Below, piece after piece: positions 56,996 to 64,000 of a DNA stretch of 64,000 nucleotides. Made by a program: the position numbers and the translations under genes. This DNA comes from Octopus vulgaris (taxonomy: Eukaryota), in the NCBI GenBank assembly GCA_951406725.2, contig OX597824.1, positions 89,218,001 to 89,282,000 of the forward strand. Direction: 5' to 3'. The notes under the pieces are model-generated. The model searched no databases. It was not told where the DNA came from and was given only the letters and a program-made list of their open reading frames with translations. Each line of letters begins with the position of its first letter. Position 1 is the first letter of the stretch.

Positions 56996-58512
56996 AAGTA
57001 GTAGTAGTAGTAGTATGTATGTATGTATGTATGTATGTATGTGTCAGACATAATTACTATGCTTTATTCTTTAAGCTCGTGGGTATATTCGTGAAATTAA
57101 GTTGATAAGCTATTTTATTTAGCACAACGTTTTCTTCATGAAAATGTAAATTTGTGCATCATTTCCTCTGTTTGGAAAAAGACCTTTGATTAGCGAAACA
57201 AAGAAAAATCTTCTTTATTCGTAAACAACATAACATGACTTTTTCCCTGTAGGAACATCCTCATAATTTTGAACCAAAACGAACACGCTTTCCACGGACG
57301 TTAAGCAGTAATCAAGAAAATGCAGAAAAATATTTTACAACAAAGCATCTACGTTTTGAAAGGAAAGAATGAGAACATTTGCTTAAACAGCAACGTGAGA
57401 GGGAACATGTCCAGCGGGAATGTCCAATAAAGACTGAAATTATAACAACGTGCACACAGATATTACACAGAGGTAATGTTTTATCAGCAAAGAAAGTAGT
57501 CTTAGTGATATTGTTGAACAAGAAATGTAAGGGTATATATTGAATCCAACCAGTGAGTGAAGCATGGCAACAGTGAGTTACAAATGGTGGTGCTTCCTTA
57601 ACCGATGAATTTACTAAAAAATAAAATAGCAGAGAGAAAAGTGTCGTACCTGTAGCTCTCGAAAAGACTAAGGGCAATTCAGTGTTCTCAAAAGAGCAAT
57701 GAAACAAAGATTTACCGACGCAGGTTACAGTGTACTTTTCATTGATCGGTAGAGGGAACATACACTTGTTCCTTAAGACCGAAAGTTAGACAATGTGACT
57801 AGTTGAGCTAGTGCTCCCCCTACAGTTCCATTGGCTCACATCGCAACACGACACAGCGCAATACAGGGAATGCAATCAGAAACATTCATGGCAATATTCA
57901 CTCCTTGCTTGATGTTTGCTTTGTAGCGCAATGTGAGAAAGTGGTGAAGCATGACATGTTAAGGACAGGTCCGTATGGAACTACAGGTTCTAACGCTAAC
58001 TTGTAATTTCGGGGACATTGTCATGAGAGCAAAAACAAAAACGATAAAGCTGATGGGCCAGTTGTTTGACCATAACGAGTTGAGCATGCTCCTTAGTGAC
58101 TGACGATATGTGCATCTCTGATCACGAGCAGAAGTAGTAGGGGAGCATCATAGCCATGTGTTGAGAGGGATTGCTAGAGGTTTGGATAATTCACCTCTGG
58201 AAACATGGGTGTTTTGTTCAACATCCTTAAACAATCCTTATTCAAGGACCTTTTGAGCGGGATGGGCTACTCGACCAGAAGAAAATTCTACCTGGGCCCC
58301 ACCTGCAAGGTCATGTGCTGTTTATCTTGATATGAGATCACCATGTCGCGCACATATGGTTGTGATGCATGTGCCTAGTGTACCCTTATCAGACGGGTAG
58401 TCATGATGGGTATACTGGGCTTCGAATATTTTACCCCAGTGTCACTTTGATGGCATGCACTGCTCTCTTACTCAACAATAATAATAGTAATAATAATAAT
58501 AATAATAATAAC

Positions 58513-58559
<47 letters not shown>

Positions 58560-58562
<3 letters not shown>

Positions 58563-58699
58563 CATAAAAAATTACCTTAGAAATGAGAACTCAGGTTCGA
58601 AATTTCCCCAATACACCTGATGAAGGCTGGAGGGTATATCAGCCGAAACATTGTGTTAACAAACAAGATGAGGACAAATGTCCGTCAAATGTAAATAGT

Positions 58700-58700
<1 letters not shown>
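58560..58700 (+). mobile_element. Second copy of the HHR module seen at 12370-12525
   Basis: UACAC CUGAUGA a GGCUG-gaggguauau-CAGCC GAAAC AUU GUGUU (58612-58657); preceded by (AAT)n. Confidence 0.85.
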
Positions 58701-58742
<42 letters not shown>

Positions 58743-59167
58743 TCTTATTTCTTCAGAAAAGATAATAAATGCTACAATTCTATTCAATTAGGAAAGGTTA
58801 GCATGCTATTATATAGCTAAAGGGGACCATATTATTACATTTGGAAACATTATAATACTGTAACAGTATAATTGAAAATGGTAGTATTACATTCGAAGCG
58901 CTAGATACATACCTAAATGGACAGATACCGTGAAAGAGGGTGGTTGACAAATATATAAATAGCTATTCAGACTGATAGGATGGCGGATCAATAGATCGAT
59001 AGATTAAACCAGTAATACAAAGTTAAACATATCTAATGTATAAAATAGATCCTCCATGTGTGTTCTCCGCCAAAGTAACAACCACCAGAGTCCGCCATAA
59101 TCTCTTCACCACATCCTCTTGAATTATATAGGTAACGGTTATAGAGAGGGGTTTTAGTAAAGTTAGT

Positions 59168-59228
<61 letters not shown>

Positions 59229-59304
59229 GGATGGATGGATGGATGGGTGGATGGATGGATGGGTGATGGATGGATGGATGGATGGATAGTTCGACGAGTA
59301 TTTA

Positions 59305-59369
<65 letters not shown>

Positions 59370-59449
59370 GAGGGGAGAGGGAGAGAGAGATAAACAGACA
59401 GATAGATAGACAGAAAGGCAGACAAATAGGTAGAGAGAGAGAGAGAGAT

Positions 59450-59501
<52 letters not shown>

Positions 59502-59854
59502 CAGCTGGGCCGACGAACAGGTATAGAGAGATAGATAGACAGATAGGTAGATAGAAAGAGAGGTAGTTAAATAGACAGTTTTCACAAAGCAGATGGAAGA
59601 CTTAGATACGCAGAAAGAGAGAGAGATTAAACCAGTATTACGAATAACCGCAAAATATGTAAGATCATATAAATACAGACGCTCACCACCACCTCCACCA
59701 TTACCATCACCACCACCACCACCATCACCACCACCACCACCACCACCACCATCACCACACCCAGCCAACATTATCAGATGAATCAGGGATTCACTGCTAC
59801 GAATGACGTGGCACCAACTCGAAACCTTTGTGTTTAATATTTACTTATTAAGGT

Positions 59855-60080
59855 AATGGTGGTGGTTATGGTGGTGGTGGTGATAGTAGTGGTGGTGGTG
59901 GTGGTAGTGGTGGTGGTGGGGATGATTGTGAGGGTGGTGGTGGTGGTGATGTTGGTGATTGTGCTGGTGGTGCTGGTTGTTAGGTGGTGGTGGTAGTGAT
60001 GGTGGTGATTGTGAGGGTGGTGGTGGTGGTGATGGTGATTGTGGTGGTGGTTGTGCTGGTTGTGAAGGTGGTGGTGGTCT
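59855..60080. repeat. (GGT)n compound repeat
   Basis: Direct reading. Confidence 0.9.
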
Positions 60081-61267
60081 GTACTCCATAGAGTCGTTGG
60101 TCTCACAGGTTTTGCCGGCCGAAATGCCAATGCCTGAGTCTAAGAGAATGGGAGAATGGGCGGAGGTGGATGTCATATGAGGGAAATTTAGCTATCATTT
60201 CCAGCAGGTTCGGTCACCACATAGAGGTCTCCTTCATTGCTTCTTTGGTTTATTATTATTTTTGAAGTGCCATGTATCTTCTTTTCTAGGTTTTCAAATA
60301 ATACATAAAAATGGTCCTGTCGAGAGAGCCGAAACCACGTTGTGATTTAGAGAAACGGAGAGTGAAGAACAGTGACCTCAAAGATTAACCATTCTAATAT
60401 TACGAGTGCTCATACATAAGTAGAGTGTGAGAAGTTTTGGTGCATCGTTTGATTAATCGTTCGATCAATCAATCAATCAATCACTGAGCTAGATCTGTCG
60501 AAGTCCTTTCGTCGTCATTCGCGACCTCATCAGTAACGTGTTCTTTCCGCTCCAGGTCTGCTTTAGATATATAAAAATAAAGAAGTGAAATATAACTAGT
60601 GTGTGTGTTCATTTGTGGCATAATGACCCTCCCGAGTTACAACAGAATACAGTTCGATATTTTTTGCTTTAGCGTTTGACCCAGTTTTTTTCTTCCTGTT
60701 GAGATATTTGTGTCTTTTGTTTGATGTTCTCAGGTGTTTGTCTGAGGACAACGGTAAATGAGAAAACCGATGCTGAAAGATATATTCCATCCGTGACTAT
60801 CCGGTCTTTTGAAAGAGTATGTAGGATTACATAATCTGATGCGTCCTAAGCTTATAGAAAAAGAAGGAGGGGGTTTAGTAATTCGAGGGAGATTTGGCTG
60901 CTATTTCTAACATTTTAAGGGAACCCACGAAGGTTCTGTCGTTAATTGCATTGGTTTTGTTGTTTTGGTGATGAGTTTTGGAATGTCGTCACAGCAAATT
61001 CTTAAGAGAGTGAGAGAGAGAAGGGAAAAGAAAGATACAGAGAAAGAGACGGAAGAAGAACGAAAGAAAATAAGAGAGAAAGAAAGAAAGAAACGAAGAA
61101 GGCAAAGGGAGAAGTGGGAGGCGGAGAAGTAGAGTAAGAAAAGGTAGAATATGGCCAAGTGCTAATGTAGGTGATGGGGAGAGAAAGGAAAGGAAAGGGA
61201 AACAGATAGAGTTACGTAATATGTAATAATGTATTGGATAAAGAGAGGTAGAAAGAGAAGACGATTG

Positions 61268-61304
<37 letters not shown>

Positions 61305-61399
61305 GAGTGATGGATAGACAAATACGGACATCTGCATAATACAGCGATAGATTGGCAGACAGACAGACACACAGACTGACAGACAAAGAGACAGGCAGA

Positions 61400-61620
61400 T
61401 AGATAGATAAATACATCCATACATGCATACATATATACATACATACGTACATACATACATACATACATGCATGCATACATACATACATACATGCATACGT
61501 ACATACATAATGTATACATACATGCATACATACATACATACATATATACATACATACATACATGGATACATGCATGCATACATATATACATACATGCATG
61601 CATACATACATGCATATATG

Positions 61621-61652
<32 letters not shown>

Positions 61653-62097
61653 CATACATACATGCATACATACATACATACATGCATGCATAGATACATA
61701 CATGCATACATACATATATACATGCATGCATAGATACATGCATGCATACATAAATACATACGTACATACATACATACATACATGCTTACCTAATTGTCTA
61801 CATAGAAAGAAAGGGAGAGAAAGTGAGAGAGAAGGAAAGAGAGGGAGCAAAAGAAAGAGAGAGACGCACTGACCAGCAGATGCGCAGATAGATTCAGATA
61901 TACATACAGGGAGAAAGAAAGAGAGAGAGAGAGAGGGAGAGAGAGAGAGAGAGAGGCAGAGAGAGAGAGGGAGAGAGAGAGAGGGAGAGAGAGAGAGGGA
62001 GAGAGAGAGAGGGAGAGAGAGAGGGAGAGAGAGAGAGAGAGGGAGAGAGAGAGAGAGAGATCGAATAATTGATAAATAGATAAATATTTTGATAGAC

Positions 62098-62165
<68 letters not shown>

Positions 62166-62195
62166 TGATAGATAGGTAGATAGATAGATGGATAG
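61400..62195. repeat. (CATA/CATG)n, (GA)n and (GATA)n microsatellite block
   Basis: Direct reading. Confidence 0.95.
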
Positions 62196-63164
62196 TTCAC
62201 TCAGAAGTCATGTAAATCACACTTGGTATACAAGCAAACATACCTAAGTGTATACGTGGTGTGTGTGTGTTGGCAAATAAGCATACGTCTCTGGTGGCAG
62301 TGGACAGCTTCGATTGGTGGAAAGTCAACAGATTGAACTGTTCAAATATTATTCCGCTGTTATTAGGTAATTTGATAGAGGCTCTCAGAGTCGGACATGT
62401 GTGATTTGATGGTGATACTAATACTACAATAATAATGTTGCTTATTTTTTTCTTAAACATTGACATAAGTTCTGTGGTGGGAGTATAATATATTAAGAGC
62501 GTAAATTTGTTCCAGTTCATAAGTAGTAGAAAGATGAAAACATGGCCGTCTCCAGTGAAACCTTTCGTTGGAGAAGGAAGTGTTTTAAATGGGAAGAGAG
62601 GATAAATACGTGTGTATGTGTGTATTAAAAATGGGGAAGGCCGGTTTATGAGATTACCTTAGGTTTCCGACGTGGGTGTGTGTGTGGAAATATATATATA
62701 TATAGGTATGAGAGGCTGTCATGACTCTGTGGTTAAGACGCTTGCTTCCCAACCATATGACTTCAAGTTCAGTCCCACTGCGTGGCACCTTGGGCAAGTA
62801 TCTTCTATTATAGTCCTGGGACCACTAAAGCCTTTTAAGTGGATTTGATAGACAGTATCTGAAAGAAACCCGTCGTTTGTGTTTGTGGATACCATTTATT
62901 TAGACATCACGTGATGGTTGTAAATGAGCATCACCGTCAAACAAGAGAGGTTATTCTTTTCTAGTTTTCTATGGAAAACATGATATCTATGGGAAAATAT
63001 TTTCTTGCTTAGAAACCGGTTTCCAAGCAAGGGCTATCCGTAGAATACATCCGTCTGACCTATGTATGCATGCAAAATTGGACGTATTTAACGTTCAGTT
63101 TTTAGCTGCTGGTGATTATGATAGTATGTGTGTTCATCTGTGTGGGTGAATTAGCTTGCCATTT

Positions 63165-63530
63165 ATGGGACAGCTTCCTCGGCCATGTTGCTAACACCCA
63201 CAAAAACACTGGGGAGGGTGACTTTCAAAAACCCCATGGCGAATTATTTCCTTTCATCTGGCCACTCCGTTGATCTCCAGTTTCTATTTAAAATTGCAGC
63301 CAACCCTGCAGCGCTTCCTTATTTCTGAACATAAAGAAAAATGACTCCAAGCTTGACCCAGTTTTACCAACAGAAATAAGCGAACGGCTGACCTTTTCCT
63401 AATTCCCCCGTCCTTCCACCGTTTCATTTTCGCACCTGTCCGTCTCTATCGAGGTGTGAATACACACCTCCTCCGCACACCTATGTATTGCTCATCCTGT
63501 CTTTCTAAACTTTACATTTCTTCTTGCCTG
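63165..63530 (+). mobile_element. Possible Penelope GIY-YIG C-terminal / pLTR remnant
   Basis: SFLGHVANTH and NPMANYFLSSGHSV resemble RF.EH...PVA.HF....HS; downstream ggtgtg-aata-cacacc hairpin may be a decayed HHR stem II. Confidence 0.4.
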
Positions 63531-63652
63531 TCTTAATATGTTTGTGTGTGAGTGTGTGTGTGTGTATGTGTATGACTGTGTGCGTTTGGGAGCTCGCACA
63601 TCACGTACACATGTACGTAGGACATAGGCAAATGTTATACCTACTTATGCAC

Positions 63653-63985
63653 ACATATGGCTCACTGGTTGGAGCGTTGGGTTTACAATCATGAGGTAGT
63701 AAGTTCGATTCTTGGACTGGGTTGTATGTTGTGTTCTTGAGCAAGACACTTTATTTTCCATTGCTCTAGCTCACCCACCTATAGAAATGCGTTGCTATGT
63801 CACTGGTGCCAAGCTGTATCGGCCTTTCCCTTGGATAACATCAGTGGTGTGGAGAGGAGGAGGCTGGTATGCATGGGCGACTGATGGTCTTCCATAAACA
63901 ACCTTTGCCTGGACTTGTGCTTCGGAGGGGAAATTTCTAAGTGCAATTCCATGGTCACTGATGACCGAAGGCGGTCTTTACCCTG
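63653..63985 (+). mobile_element. CORE-type SINE with a different tail
   Basis: tRNA-like head, gtgttcttgagcaagacactttatttt core; tail unrelated to SINE-D copies. Confidence 0.75.
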
Positions 63986-64000
63986 GTTGTACATTAGCAT

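Noticed and set aside
57312-57761. 149 aa non-repetitive ORF
   Set aside because: No recognisable motif or homology; length compatible with chance

Overview
Eukaryotic, AT-rich, extremely microsatellite-dense non-coding DNA. The tRNA-headed SINE families and repeat landscape suggest a coleoid cephalopod, most likely Octopus (inference). I find no intact host protein-coding gene; nearly all long ORFs in the track are translations of di- and trinucleotide repeats. The window is a mosaic of four tRNA-derived SINE families (called A-D here), decayed LINE fragments (R4/Dong, RTE, CR1/Jockey-like, Tx1-like, HERO-like), mariner remnants including a foldback element, Helitron-like non-autonomous elements and a ~970 bp tandem duplication. 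The most notable signal is a dense set of type I hammerhead ribozyme (HHR) folds from several unrelated small elements. Most sit in (TA)n tracts with inverted termini, like Penelope pLTR remnants, and one family appears fused to a tRNA-derived Pol III head. A second signal is that the SINE-A tail matches the 3' end of a Tx1-like LINE, and SINE-A repeatedly inserts in front of GTA, including into itself. All folds and alignments were done by eye.
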